The position numbers and the translations under genes were made by a program. The notes beneath the pieces were generated by a model, which had not been told where the DNA came from, searched no databases, and saw nothing but the letters and a program-made list of their open reading frames with translations. Source: an uncultured Bacillota bacterium (GTDB lineage: Bacteria; Sysuimicrobiota; Sysuimicrobiia; Sysuimicrobiales; Segetimicrobiaceae). Taken from it: DNA of 64,000 nt. This document shows positions 1 to 9,511 of this stretch, in pieces. Numbering within the stretch: the stretch's first letter is position 1; each line of letters begins with the position of its first letter. The stretch covers positions 96,001 to 160,000 of the forward strand of contig CAWDRG010000015.1 of the NCBI GenBank assembly GCA_963804645.1. The letters are read 5' to 3'.

Positions 1-310
1 GCGGCGTCGTAGCGTTCAGAATCGCGGCGAGGCCGGAGGCGATCTTGGTCTCTCCCCACGCGATCAGCGCGAACGGAATCGCGGACTGCACCGCGGCGAG
101 CCCGATGTACGCGCGCAGCGTCCGGGCGTCCCGGGGAAACGGCTGCCGGCGCGCCGCGGCGACCGCGAGCAGGCCGATGAGCCCGATGCCCAGGCGCAGT
201 GCGGCCACGGTCAGCGGCGGTAGGTGCCCGACGGCGATCTTGATCCAGAGGAACGACGTTCCCCAAATCAGTCCCAACAGCCAGAACGCCGCCCACTCCT
301 TGGCTCTCAC
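1..310 (-). CDS. EamA/DMT family transporter (partial, runs off window start)
   Basis: Manual translation of the minus strand from GTG at 310 gives MRAKEWAAFWLLGLIWGTSFLWIKIAVGHLPPLTVAALRLGIG..., the typical EamA 'IWG.SF..IK......PP.....R' start. A GGAGG RBS lies upstream. Not in the ORF track because it is truncated. Confidence 0.85.
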   Translation of the reverse strand, partial: MRAKEWAAFWLLGLIWGTSFLWIKIAVGHLPPLTVAALRLGIGLIGLLAVAAARRQPFPRDARTLRAYIGLAAVQSAIPFALIAWGETKIASGLAAILNATTP

Positions 311-470
311 CGCACCGCCTCCTTGCGCCACCATACGGGGCAGCCCGCGGCACATCTACCCGATTTGCGAACGCAAATCCAATTCCGGAGGCCTCCCCGG
401 CATCGCATCACACGCAGGGTGACGGGGGTGCGCTCGCGGACGTGCCGTTCGACGTGCCGTTCGATGGAGG

Positions 471-860
471 TTACGGTTGCGGGAGCGGTTCGAGTAGGGA
501 GCGCAGGAGACCCTTGAGTCCGCCGCTGATCGCGCCGTTGGTCACGACGAGATTGCATCCCGCCGCGCGCGCCGCCGACTGCCGCTCGGTATCTTGATGC
601 CCGCAGAAGCCGAGGAGGGGCACCGTGCGCGTCACCGGATCGAGCTTCGCCGCGCGGATCGCCTGCGTGGCATCGAACCGGTGCGCGGCGAGGTTGAGGA
701 TCGCGGCGGCGGGGGCGTCCCGGAGGTGCGCCAGCAGCGTCTCCGGAGTGCGGACGACGACAGGCCGAAACCCGAGGGACGTGAGGCCGGCGGAGATGCG
801 GGCCGAGAAGAAGAGATCGTCGTCGGCCACGACGACCGTGCGTTCCGTGCGTTCGGTCAT
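471..860 (-). CDS. single-domain receiver (CheY-like) protein, atypical
   Basis: VVVADDDLFF N-terminus, PLLGFCGH and AAGCN.VV give a receiver-like pattern. The phospho-Asp position appears to be Asn (AILNL). Confidence 0.7.
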   Translation of the reverse strand: MTERTERTVVVADDDLFFSARISAGLTSLGFRPVVVRTPETLLAHLRDAPAAAILNLAAHRFDATQAIRAAKLDPVTRTVPLLGFCGHQDTERQSAARAAGCNLVVTNGAISGGLKGLLRSLLEPLPQP

Positions 861-894
861 CTGGGGGCGCGGCCTCCGTGCGTGTGCGAGGCGG

Positions 895-1206
895 TCAGAC
901 CGCCATGCCCATGGCCTGGAGCTGCAGCCGGCCGTCGTCGCTGAGGCGTTCGGGCGACCACGGGGGATTCCACACCATCTCGACTTGGCAGTCCTCCGCG
1001 CCGTCGACGGTCATGATCTTCGACTGGATCTCGGAGACCATCTGCGGCCCCATCGCGCAGCCCATCGCGGTGAGCGTCATCTTGATGTCGACGACGCCGT
1101 CGACGATCGTGATGTCGTAAATCAACCCGAGGTCCCAAATGTTCACCGGGATCTCCGGATCGTAGCACGTCTTCAGGACGTCGATGACCTGGTCGCGCGT
1201 GATCAT
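895..1206 (-). CDS. DUF59/MIP18 (SufT-like) Fe-S cluster assembly protein
   Basis: YDPEIPVNIWDLGLIY, MTLTAMGC and WNPPWSPE are DUF59 signatures. ATG at 1206 with a GAGGGTG RBS. Confidence 0.9.
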   Translation of the reverse strand: MITRDQVIDVLKTCYDPEIPVNIWDLGLIYDITIVDGVVDIKMTLTAMGCAMGPQMVSEIQSKIMTVDGAEDCQVEMVWNPPWSPERLSDDGRLQLQAMGMAV

Positions 1207-1224
1207 GGCATCACCCTCGGGGGG

Positions 1225-1233
1225 TATTGTACC
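1225..1233 (-). promoter_or_regulatory. extended -10 element (TGgTACAAT) for the DUF59 gene
   Basis: Minus strand reads gtggTACAATaccccccgagggtgatgccATG. Confidence 0.5.
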
Positions 1234-1334
1234 ACAGCGCGCCAGCCGGCCGCGGCGCGCGTCGATCGAGCGAGTGCTATAGTTTAGGGGCAGCCGCGGG
1301 GGCGGCGTCACTTCGACGCGGAGGAGACCGGGCG

Positions 1335-4082
1335 ATGAAGATCCGGAACGTGCTGGCCGTCGTGCTGATCGCCCTGTTGCTGCTCCTGCCCACGCTCGCG
1401 CGGTGGTACACCGAGTGGCTGTGGTTCGGCGAAGTCGGCTACCGTTCGGTGTTCTGGGTGCCCATCGTCGCCGGGGCCGGGTTGGGGTTCGCGGCGGGCC
1501 TGAGCGTGTTCCTCATTCTCTACGTCAACGTGCGCCCGCTGCTGCGGCTTCGCCCGATTCCGCGGGTGATCGAACTGCGCGCCGCCGGCGGGCGCGCAGT
1601 GCGTCAGATCGTCACCCGGCTGAGCCCGGGCCGGCTTGCGATCTTCGGCGCCCTCGCGGTGGCCGCGATCGCCGGCATCGCGGCGTCCGGCGGGTGGCTC
1701 CAGTTTGAGACCCTGCTCCACCAGGTGCCGTTCGGGACCTCGGACCCGGTGTACGGACGCGACGTGGCGTTCTACGTGTTCACGCTGCCGGTGCTGCAGA
1801 CGGTGTACGATTGGCTGTTCGGCTGGCTGTTTGTCGCGCTGCTGATCGTGGCGGTGGGGTACTATCTCGACCTCGCGCCGCTCGCGGTGCGGGGCGTGTG
1901 GGCGATGCCCCGGGGCGTTCGCGTGCACCTGTGCGCGCTGGTCGGCACGATGGCGCTGCTCCGGGCCGTGGGGTTCTGGCTCCAGACCTACGGGCTGCTG
2001 TACTCTCAGCGCGGGGTCGTGTACGGCGCCGGGTACGCGGATCTCCACGCGACACTGCCGATGCTACGCGTGCTCGTCGCGCTCGCTGCGATCACCGGCG
2101 TCCTGCTGCTGGCCTCGACGCGGGCGCGGACGCTGCGTGCCGCGGGGGTCTCGGCCGCGGTGCTCGGCGTCGCGTGGATCGGCGGGATCGGACTCTACCC
2201 GCAGTTCGTCCAGAGCTTCACCGTCGCGCCGAACGAGCTCCGGCTGGAGTCGCCGTACATCAAGAGCAGCATCGACTCCACACTGCACGCCTACAACTTG
2301 GACCAGGTGGAGGAGAAGCAGTTTGCCGCCAACACCGACCTGACCCCCGCCGTCATCGAGGCGAACCGGACGGTGTTGGACAACGTGCGCCTCTGGGACG
2401 ACCGGCCGCTGCTGCAGACGTACGCGCAGATTCAGAGCCTGCGGCTGTACTACACGTTCACGAGCGTCGGCATCGACCGCTACCGGATCGGCGGACACGA
2501 GCAGCAGGTGATGCTGTCCGCGCGCGAGTTGGACGTGACGCGCGTGTCATCGGACGCGCGCACCTGGGTGAACGACCACCTGGTGTTCACCCACGGCTAC
2601 GGGCTGGTGATGAGCCCGGTCAACCTGATCTCGGGCGAGGGCCTGCCGGATCTGTACATCAGGGACATTCCGCCGGTGAGTATTGCCGGTCTCACGGTCA
2701 TGCGGCCCCAACTGTACTACGGGTTGATCGACACCCCCTACGCGGTCGTGAACACGCGGACGAAGGAGCTCGACTACCCGCAGGGCGATCAGAACGTGTA
2801 CGCGAGCTACGCGGGGACCGGCGGGGTGCCGCTCGGCGGGTCGCTCACGCGGCTGGCGTTCATGTACCGGTTCGGCGATCTGCCGCTGGCGCTCAGCACG
2901 GACATCACGCCGCAGAGCCGCATCATGTTCTACCGCTCGGTGCCGGACCGCCTCTCGCACATCGCGCCGTTCCTGACGTTCGACCGCGACCCGTATCTCG
3001 TGCTCGCGGACGGGCGGTTGTTCTGGATCGTCGATGGGTACACGACCAGCTCGGCGTACCCGTACTCGCAGCCGGCCGGGGGGCTCAACTACATCCGCAA
3101 CTCGGTGAAGGCCGTAGTCGACGCCTACAGCGGCGCGACGCAGTTGTACGTGGTCGATCCCTCGGATCCGATCGTGCGGACGTACGCGCAGGTGTTCCCC
3201 GGCGTGTTCCAGCCGATGTCGGCGATGCCGCCGGTCCTCGTCGCACACCTGCGCTACCCGGTTGATCTCTTCCTGGTGCAGGCGCAGATCTACGACACGT
3301 ACCACATGACGGACCCGCGCGTGTTCTACAACCGCGAGGACGTCTGGGCGACGCCCAACGAGCTGTTCGCCGGGGCGCAGCAGCCGCTCGACCCATACTA
3401 CGTGAACCTCCATCTCGACCCGGCCGTGGGCGACGAGTTCGCCCTGATCCTGCCGTTTACGCCGTCCGGGAAGGACAACATGGTGGCGTGGATGGCCGGG
3501 CGGAGCGACGCGCCCAACTACGGCCGGCTGCTCGTCTACCGGTTTCCCAAGGACCGCACCGTGTTCGGCCCGATGCAGATCGAGGCCCGCATCAATCAGG
3601 ATCCCGGCATCAGCGCGCAGCTCACGCTGTGGAACCAGCAGGGGTCCCGGGTGATCCGCGGCAACCTGCTCGTCGTTCCGATTGCCGACGCGCTGTTGTA
3701 CATCGAACCGCTGTACCTCCAGGCGGAGGGCAGCGCCCTGCCGGAACTGAAGCGGGTGATCGTCGCGTACGGGACGCAGATCTCGATGGAGACGACGCTC
3801 GAGCAGGCGCTCGGGCGCGTCTTCGGCGGGCTGCAGCAGTCGTCGACGCTGACATCTCCCGCCCCCGCTCCGAGCGCCCCCGCGGCCGCGCCGGGCGCCC
3901 CCGCGGCGAGCGGCGAGACCCCGGCCCCGTCGCCGCGCGTGGCCGCGCTGATCGCCGAGGCCAACAGCGACTACGAGCGCGCGCAGGCGGCCCTCCGTGC
4001 GGGGGACTTCGCCGCGTACGGCCGCGACGTCGCAGCGCTCGGCCGGGTGCTGCAGCAGCTCAAGCAGGCGACCGGGCCGTAG
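1335..4082 (+). CDS. UPF0182 family integral membrane protein
   Basis: WYTEWLWF.EVGY, DPVYGRD..FYVF, NVRLWD.RP, HL.YTHGYG-like, NYIRNSVK and LRYP.DLF motifs. GGAGG RBS before the ATG at 1335. Confidence 0.92.
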   Translation: MKIRNVLAVVLIALLLLLPTLARWYTEWLWFGEVGYRSVFWVPIVAGAGLGFAAGLSVFLILYVNVRPLLRLRPIPRVIELRAAGGRAVRQIVTRLSPGRLAIFGALAVAAIAGIAASGGWLQFETLLHQVPFGTSDPVYGRDVAFYVFTLPVLQTVYDWLFGWLFVALLIVAVGYYLDLAPLAVRGVWAMPRGVRVHLCALVGTMALLRAVGFWLQTYGLLYSQRGVVYGAGYADLHATLPMLRVLVALAAITGVLLLASTRARTLRAAGVSAAVLGVAWIGGIGLYPQFVQSFTVAPNELRLESPYIKSSIDSTLHAYNLDQVEEKQFAANTDLTPAVIEANRTVLDNVRLWDDRPLLQTYAQIQSLRLYYTFTSVGIDRYRIGGHEQQVMLSARELDVTRVSSDARTWVNDHLVFTHGYGLVMSPVNLISGEGLPDLYIRDIPPVSIAGLTVMRPQLYYGLIDTPYAVVNTRTKELDYPQGDQNVYASYAGTGGVPLGGSLTRLAFMYRFGDLPLALSTDITPQSRIMFYRSVPDRLSHIAPFLTFDRDPYLVLADGRLFWIVDGYTTSSAYPYSQPAGGLNYIRNSVKAVVDAYSGATQLYVVDPSDPIVRTYAQVFPGVFQPMSAMPPVLVAHLRYPVDLFLVQAQIYDTYHMTDPRVFYNREDVWATPNELFAGAQQPLDPYYVNLHLDPAVGDEFALILPFTPSGKDNMVAWMAGRSDAPNYGRLLVYRFPKDRTVFGPMQIEARINQDPGISAQLTLWNQQGSRVIRGNLLVVPIADALLYIEPLYLQAEGSALPELKRVIVAYGTQISMETTLEQALGRVFGGLQQSSTLTSPAPAPSAPAAAPGAPAASGETPAPSPRVAALIAEANSDYERAQAALRAGDFAAYGRDVAALGRVLQQLKQATGP

Positions 4083-4105
4083 ACGGCCGCCCGGAGGCGC
4101 GCCGC

Positions 4106-4753
4106 ATGTCCGAGCTCCGACCCCGCGCGGACGGTCCCCACGCGGGCGGGGACACACGGGAGACCGCGCGCATCGAAGCGTTCAGCGACGGGGTGTTCGC
4201 GATCGCGATCACGCTGCTCGTCCTGGATCTGCGCGTGCCTCCCCAGGCGAGTCAGGTGCCGCTCGGCGGCTGGCTCGCCGCGCAGTGGCCCTCGTACTTC
4301 GCGTTCGTCGACAGCTTCGCGACGATCGGCATCATGTGGATCAACCACCACCGGCTGTTCACCCTGATCCGTCGCGCGGACCATACCCTGCTGGTGCTGA
4401 ACGGCCTGCTGCTGCTCGGCGTCACCGTGGTACCGTTTCCGACCGCGCTGCTGGCGAGCTCCCTGCACCGCCCGGACGCGCGGGTGGCTGCGATGGTCTA
4501 CTCCGGTACCTTCACCTGTATCGCGATCGCCTTCAACCTGCTGTGGCATTACGCCGCGTCGGGGTCCCGCTTGCTGGACCGCCGGGTGGACCCGAACGCG
4601 GTGCGCGCGATCACCCGCGCCTACGCCGTCGGCCCCGCGCTGTACGGGCTCGCGCTCGGTCTCGCGGTGGTGTCGGTGACGGCGAGCATCGCGCTGACCG
4701 TCGCGCTCGCGCTGTTCTTTGCGCTGCCGAGCCGGCCCCGCGCCGCGGTGTGA
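4106..4753 (+). CDS. TMEM175 family (DUF1211) potassium channel
   Basis: RIEAFSDGVFAIAITLLVL and W.NHH motifs. GGAGG RBS. Confidence 0.92.
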   Translation: MSELRPRADGPHAGGDTRETARIEAFSDGVFAIAITLLVLDLRVPPQASQVPLGGWLAAQWPSYFAFVDSFATIGIMWINHHRLFTLIRRADHTLLVLNGLLLLGVTVVPFPTALLASSLHRPDARVAAMVYSGTFTCIAIAFNLLWHYAASGSRLLDRRVDPNAVRAITRAYAVGPALYGLALGLAVVSVTASIALTVALALFFALPSRPRAAV

Positions 4754-4759
4754 GGGCGT

Positions 4760-5344
4760 TCAGCTCGCCGCGAGCCGCTCGAGCAGGACGGCGTACTCCT
4801 CGGGCGTGTTCACGTTCACGAACGAGGCCAGATCGGGGTCGAAACGCCGTATGTCGTCCTCCTCGACGATGCGGACGCGGACGGACGCGAGGAGTCCAGC
4901 GGTGCGGGCCCCGCGCGCGATGCACTGTTCGATCGCGGGCAGGCAGGCGGGCGTGTAGATCGCGTGCAGCGGCTCATACTCGCCGCGATGCCGCGGAATG
5001 ACGACGTCGACATCGCCGGCGAGCGCGGCCATGTGTCGGATCAGCGCCGCGCTTAGGAACGGCATGTCGCACGCGCAGACGAACGCCGGGCCGGAGACGT
5101 GCCGGAGTCCCGAGTAGACGCCGACGAGCGGGTGGCCGGATGGCAGCGCGTCGGGGATGCACCGGAGTCCGGTGCGCGCGTAGTCCTCGGCCGTGTTGGT
5201 CACGAGCAGCGGGGGCTGCCCGCATGCGTCCCCGACGCGCGCGGCCACGATCTCGACGAGCGTGCGGTCTCCGACCGGCAGTAGGGCCTTGTTCCGCCCC
5301 ATGCGACGGCTGTGACCGCCCGCCAGAATGACCCCTGCCAGCAT
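4760..5344 (-). CDS. mobA: molybdenum cofactor guanylyltransferase
   Basis: ILAGGHSRRMGRNKA, ACDMPF, EPLHAIY and FVNVNTPEE motifs. Confidence 0.9.
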   Translation of the reverse strand: MLAGVILAGGHSRRMGRNKALLPVGDRTLVEIVAARVGDACGQPPLLVTNTAEDYARTGLRCIPDALPSGHPLVGVYSGLRHVSGPAFVCACDMPFLSAALIRHMAALAGDVDVVIPRHRGEYEPLHAIYTPACLPAIEQCIARGARTAGLLASVRVRIVEEDDIRRFDPDLASFVNVNTPEEYAVLLERLAAS

Positions 5345-5440
5345 CACTGTGGCCCGAGTATACATCACCGGCCCGCTTGGGCCAGGATGACGCTGGCCGG
5401 TCGACGAATGTCCACGCGCGGGGGAGATTGGGGGGGCGCG

Positions 5441-5728
5441 ATGGACGAGGTCGAGGCGCGGAGGATGCTGAAGGCGTTCGGCACGCAGGTCACGCAGTTC
5501 ATGGACCGCCGCCGCGAGCTGAAGAATCTGGCCGCCGACGCGATCGAGGGGCAGGATCGGACGGCGGTCGCGGTCGTCCTCGCCCAGCTGGGGACCGAGA
5601 CCTCGGAGCTGCACCGCCACTGGCTTCGGGTGACGAACCTGGTGCTGCAAGAGGAGCGGGAGGCGTACAGTGAAATCGCCCGCCTGCTCGAGCAGGCCGG
5701 GCAGGCCGAGGCACAGCAGACCACGTAG
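5441..5728 (+). CDS. small helical hypothetical protein
   Basis: GC3-biased codons and an amphipathic helical 95-aa product. No family recognised. Confidence 0.7.
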   Translation: MDEVEARRMLKAFGTQVTQFMDRRRELKNLAADAIEGQDRTAVAVVLAQLGTETSELHRHWLRVTNLVLQEEREAYSEIARLLEQAGQAEAQQTT

Positions 5729-5823
5729 GAAGTGCGGCGCGCGCCGCCGCGAGAGGGGCGGCGCCGCGAGACCCAGAATCCCCCGGCACGCATCTCGTTG
5801 GGGATATGTGGAGGAGGCGCACT

Positions 5824-7467
5824 ATGAAGATCGAGGACGTGCTGGCTGAGCTGCACCGCGCCGACGTGCGCGTGTCCCGTCGGGACCTGATCCGCCTCGC
5901 CGCGCTCGGCGGCGCCGCCGCGGCCGGGTTGGGGGAGGCGCTCGGGGGTGCGCCCGCGGCCGAGGGCGCCACGGGAAAGCGGGGCGGCGTGTGGCGCATG
6001 GCGATCCCCGGCAACCCGACCGCGTACCCGATCACGATCCCGGGCAAGCTCGTGGATATTCTCGTCAACAAGACGATCTTCAGCACGCTCGTCCGCTACC
6101 AGCTCGTGAACGGCGGCATCCAGGTGGTCCCGGACCTCGCCCAGTCGTGGACGGCGAACGCCAGCCTGACCGAGTACACCTTCAAGCTTCGCAGCGGGGT
6201 GAAGTGGCACGATGGGCAGCCGCTGACCGCGGACGACGTGAAGTTTACCCTCGATGCCCTGCTCAACCCCAAGGTGAACGCGGGGCTGGCCGGCGTGGTC
6301 GCGGCGATCAAGGAGACCCAGGTCGTCGACCCCCTGACCGTCAGGTTCGTCACGCAGTACCCGTACGCGTCCCTGCCCGTGATGCTCGGGTACAACATCG
6401 CGATCGTGCCGAAGCATCTGCTGCAGAGTCAAGACCTGAACCAGCCGGTGGCGTTCATCCAGCATCCGGTGGGGACGGGCCCGTTCCGGTTCAAGTCGTT
6501 CACGCAGGACACCGCGATGGAGGTCGAGGCGAATCCGGACTACTGGGACGGCGCTCCGATGCTGGACGGGATCGTCTTCAAGGTGATCCCGGACGGGAAC
6601 GCGCGGCTGGCGCAGCTCAAGTCCGGTGATATCGACTTCACCGTGATCGATCCGCCGCAGCTGGCCGCGCTGCAGGGCGTGTCGGGGATCAGGGTCCGGC
6701 GCGCGCCGCAGGTCAACTACTATTTCTTCGCGATCAACCACGATCTGCCGAAGTTCGCGGACCTGAGGGTGCGGCAGGCGCTGACGTACGCGATCGACAA
6801 GCAGGCGATCGTCAAGAACATCCTCAAGGGCGACGGGCGGCCGGCGACGGGCCCGATCAACCCGCTCTTGGGCGCGTATTACAACCCGGACGTCGATACG
6901 TACCCGTACAACATGGACAAGGCGGCGGGCCTGCTCGCCGAGGCGGGATGGAAGAAGGGTCCCGACGGCATTCTCGTCAACGCGCAGGGGCAGAAGTTCA
7001 CGCTCTCGATGAACGGGCCGAAGGGCTACCCCGTGATGGAGCAGGTGCTGACGTACGCGCAGCAGCAGTACAAGACGCTCGGGTTCGACGCCACGCTCGA
7101 GATCGTGGATTGGCCGGTGCACCTCACCACGTACGTGAAGCGCCAGTATGAGCTGCTGATGGAGTGGTGGATCACGCCCCCCGATCCCGACGAGTACGAC
7201 CACTACTACAGCACATCGCCCGACAACTACTGGGGGTACAAGAACACCGCCCTCGACTCGCTCCTGATCAAGGCGCGGAGCGAGCCGGATCCGCAGAAGC
7301 GCGTCGCGCTGTACCATCAGATCCAGGACCTGATCGCGAAGGACATCCCGCTCGTCTACCTCTACTACCCGCCGGAGCTGCAGGCGATGAGCACGCGCAC
7401 GCAGGGGCTGCCGCTCATCGGCTACCGTGATGCGCTCACGTGGACGTCCAGGGTGTGGCTGAGCTAA
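5824..7467 (+). CDS. ABC transporter substrate-binding protein, family 5 (peptide/nickel), Tat-exported
   Basis: SRRDLI twin-arginine signal. PDLAQSW, YTFKLRSGVKWHDG.PLTADDV.FT, PVGTGPF and VRQAL.YAID motifs. Confidence 0.93.
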   Translation: MKIEDVLAELHRADVRVSRRDLIRLAALGGAAAAGLGEALGGAPAAEGATGKRGGVWRMAIPGNPTAYPITIPGKLVDILVNKTIFSTLVRYQLVNGGIQVVPDLAQSWTANASLTEYTFKLRSGVKWHDGQPLTADDVKFTLDALLNPKVNAGLAGVVAAIKETQVVDPLTVRFVTQYPYASLPVMLGYNIAIVPKHLLQSQDLNQPVAFIQHPVGTGPFRFKSFTQDTAMEVEANPDYWDGAPMLDGIVFKVIPDGNARLAQLKSGDIDFTVIDPPQLAALQGVSGIRVRRAPQVNYYFFAINHDLPKFADLRVRQALTYAIDKQAIVKNILKGDGRPATGPINPLLGAYYNPDVDTYPYNMDKAAGLLAEAGWKKGPDGILVNAQGQKFTLSMNGPKGYPVMEQVLTYAQQQYKTLGFDATLEIVDWPVHLTTYVKRQYELLMEWWITPPDPDEYDHYYSTSPDNYWGYKNTALDSLLIKARSEPDPQKRVALYHQIQDLIAKDIPLVYLYYPPELQAMSTRTQGLPLIGYRDALTWTSRVWLS

Positions 7468-7498
7468 GGTGACGGCGGTCTGACCCGCGGCCTCGACG

Positions 7499-7539
7499 GG
7501 GCCGGGCCGGCGGGCGCGCTCGCGCCGCCGGCCTGGCTC
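7499..7539 (+). terminator. GC-rich stem-loop between the binding-protein and permease genes
   Basis: gggccgggccggcgg pairs with ccgccggcctggctc (with G-U pairs). This is the usual position for an mRNA-stabilising or attenuating hairpin. Confidence 0.5.
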
Positions 7540-7560
7540 TGAGCCGCCACCGCGCGACCA

Positions 7561-8511
7561 GTGATGACCGGATACCTCCTGCGGCGGCTTCTCCAGGCGG
7601 TCGTGCTGCTCTGGATCGTGACCGTGATCACGTTCGTGCTGATCCACGAGGCACCCGGCGGCCCCGCGGTGCTCCAAAACCCCGACCTCGGCCGCGATCA
7701 GGTCGCGCGGTTTCGCGCGAACCTCGGCCTCGACGACCCGCTGCCGGCGCAGTACTGGCGATGGCTCCGCGGCGTGCTGCGGGGGGACTTCGGCCTGAGC
7801 TACAACACCGTCGAGCCGGTGCTGGGCCTCGTCGCCACCCGGCTGCCGAATACGCTGCTGCTGACCGGGGTTGCACTCGGCATCGCGTTCGCGGTGGCGA
7901 TTCCGCTGGGGGTGATCAGCGCCACGCACCGCAACTCCGCGGTGGACCGCGTGATCGCGGCGGTGGCCTTTCTCGGGATCTCCACCCCGGTGTTTTGGCT
8001 CGGGATCATGCTCATCGTGCTGTTCGCGGTCCAATGGCGCGTGCTGCCGGCCGGCGGCATGTATGAGGTGGGCGCGCCATTTTCGATCGCCGACCGCGTC
8101 CGCCACCTCCTGCTTCCGGTGTTCGTGCTCGTGATCGCGAACCTGGCCGAGGTCACCCGCTATACCCGGTCGGCGATGATCGGGGCCCTCGCCGAGGACT
8201 ACGTGCGCACCGCGCACGCCAAGGGCTTGTCCGGGCGGGTCGTGCTGTTCCGGCACGCCCTGCGGAACGCGCTCATCCCCGTGCTGACGATCATCGGCGT
8301 GTACCTCCCGCGTGCGGTCAGCGCCACCGCGATCACGGAAACCGTGTTTACCTGGCCCGGCATGGGGCTGCTCGCGGTCCAGTCCGCGGCGACACGCGAC
8401 TATCCCGTGGTGATGGGGGCGACGCTCGCCGTCGCGGTGTTTGCCGTGGCGAGCAGTTTGCTCACGGACCTCGCGTACGGGTACGTCGACCCCAGGATCC
8501 GGCTCGGGTAG
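7561..8511 (+). CDS. peptide ABC transporter permease (OppB/DppB-like)
   Basis: GLDDPL..QY, GDFG.S, RLPNT, EDYVRTAHAKG and DPRIR motifs. Confidence 0.93.
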   Translation: MMTGYLLRRLLQAVVLLWIVTVITFVLIHEAPGGPAVLQNPDLGRDQVARFRANLGLDDPLPAQYWRWLRGVLRGDFGLSYNTVEPVLGLVATRLPNTLLLTGVALGIAFAVAIPLGVISATHRNSAVDRVIAAVAFLGISTPVFWLGIMLIVLFAVQWRVLPAGGMYEVGAPFSIADRVRHLLLPVFVLVIANLAEVTRYTRSAMIGALAEDYVRTAHAKGLSGRVVLFRHALRNALIPVLTIIGVYLPRAVSATAITETVFTWPGMGLLAVQSAATRDYPVVMGATLAVAVFAVASSLLTDLAYGYVDPRIRLG

Positions 8512-8518
8512 CGTCGCG

Positions 8519-9418
8519 ATGGCGGCCGTCCAGTCCCTCGACCGGCGCGTCCAGAGCGACGCACCGCCACCGCAGCGGCGGCGGGCGGCGTGGCGCCGGT
8601 TCGTGGCGAACAGGCTCGCCGTCGCCTCGACCACGTTTCTGCTCGCGATGTATCTCGTGGCGGCGGCCGGACCGCTGATCAGTCCGTACCGTCCCGACGC
8701 CGTCGACATCATGAACACGAACGCGGCGCCGTCCGCGGCGCACTGGCTCGGGACCGACGAGAACGGCCGGGACGTCTTGTCGCGGCTGATCGCGGGCGCT
8801 CGGGCCTCGATGACGGTCGGCGTCATCGCGATGGTGATCGCGATCGTGATCGGCGCCCTCGTCGGCAGCCTCGCGGGGTATTACGGGCGGTGGGTCGACA
8901 GCGTGCTGATGCGATTTACGGACGGCATGATGGCAATCCCGTACTTCTTTCTGGTCCTGATCGTCGTCGCGGTGTTCGGGTCCGCCTTTCGCAACATCGT
9001 GATCGCGATCGGTGTCACGAGCTGGATGGTCGTCGCCCGGATCGTCCGCGGTGAGGTGCTGCGGTACCGCGGCCTGGACTTCGTGCTTGCCGCCCGCACG
9101 CTCGGCGCGACGTCGGGGCGGATTCTGGTCCGCCACATCGTGCCGCAGACCGTCCCGTCGATCATCGTGGCGGCCACCTTTGGGGTCGCGTCCGCGATCC
9201 TGCTCGAGTCTGCCCTGAGCTTCCTCGGGCTGGGCATCCAGCCGCCGCAGGCGAGCTGGGGCAACATGCTGTCGAACGCCCAGGCGTACGTCTGGGAGAA
9301 CCCGCGGCTGCCGATGTATCCCGGGGTGCTGATCCTGTGCACGGTGCTTGCCTACAACTTTCTTGGCGACGCCCTGCGGGACGCGCTGGACCCCAGGTAC
9401 CGGGAGAGCAACGTCTGA
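8519..9418 (+). CDS. peptide ABC transporter permease (OppC/DppC-like)
   Basis: HWLGTDENGRDVLSR, ESALSFLGLG.QPP..SWG and GDALRDALDP motifs. Confidence 0.93.
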   Translation: MAAVQSLDRRVQSDAPPPQRRRAAWRRFVANRLAVASTTFLLAMYLVAAAGPLISPYRPDAVDIMNTNAAPSAAHWLGTDENGRDVLSRLIAGARASMTVGVIAMVIAIVIGALVGSLAGYYGRWVDSVLMRFTDGMMAIPYFFLVLIVVAVFGSAFRNIVIAIGVTSWMVVARIVRGEVLRYRGLDFVLAARTLGATSGRILVRHIVPQTVPSIIVAATFGVASAILLESALSFLGLGIQPPQASWGNMLSNAQAYVWENPRLPMYPGVLILCTVLAYNFLGDALRDALDPRYRESNV

Positions 9419-9511
9419 CGACCGTCCGGGGAAGACGCCAGGGCGGACGATGCGGCGGTGTCGAAGACCTCAGGGGCGCGCATCGGCGCGGCGGAGCAAG
9501 GAGGTGAGTCC

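Noticed and set aside
481..500. GGTTCGAG as a tRNA T-loop
   Set aside because: There is no cloverleaf, and it lies within the end of a coding region.
5365..8826. 1153-aa minus-strand ORF and many other long antisense/alternate-frame ORFs (e.g. 37610..39700, 45664..47664, 32051..33655)
   Set aside because: They are shadows of well-supported genes in high-GC DNA. The products are Arg/Pro/Gly-rich with no motifs.
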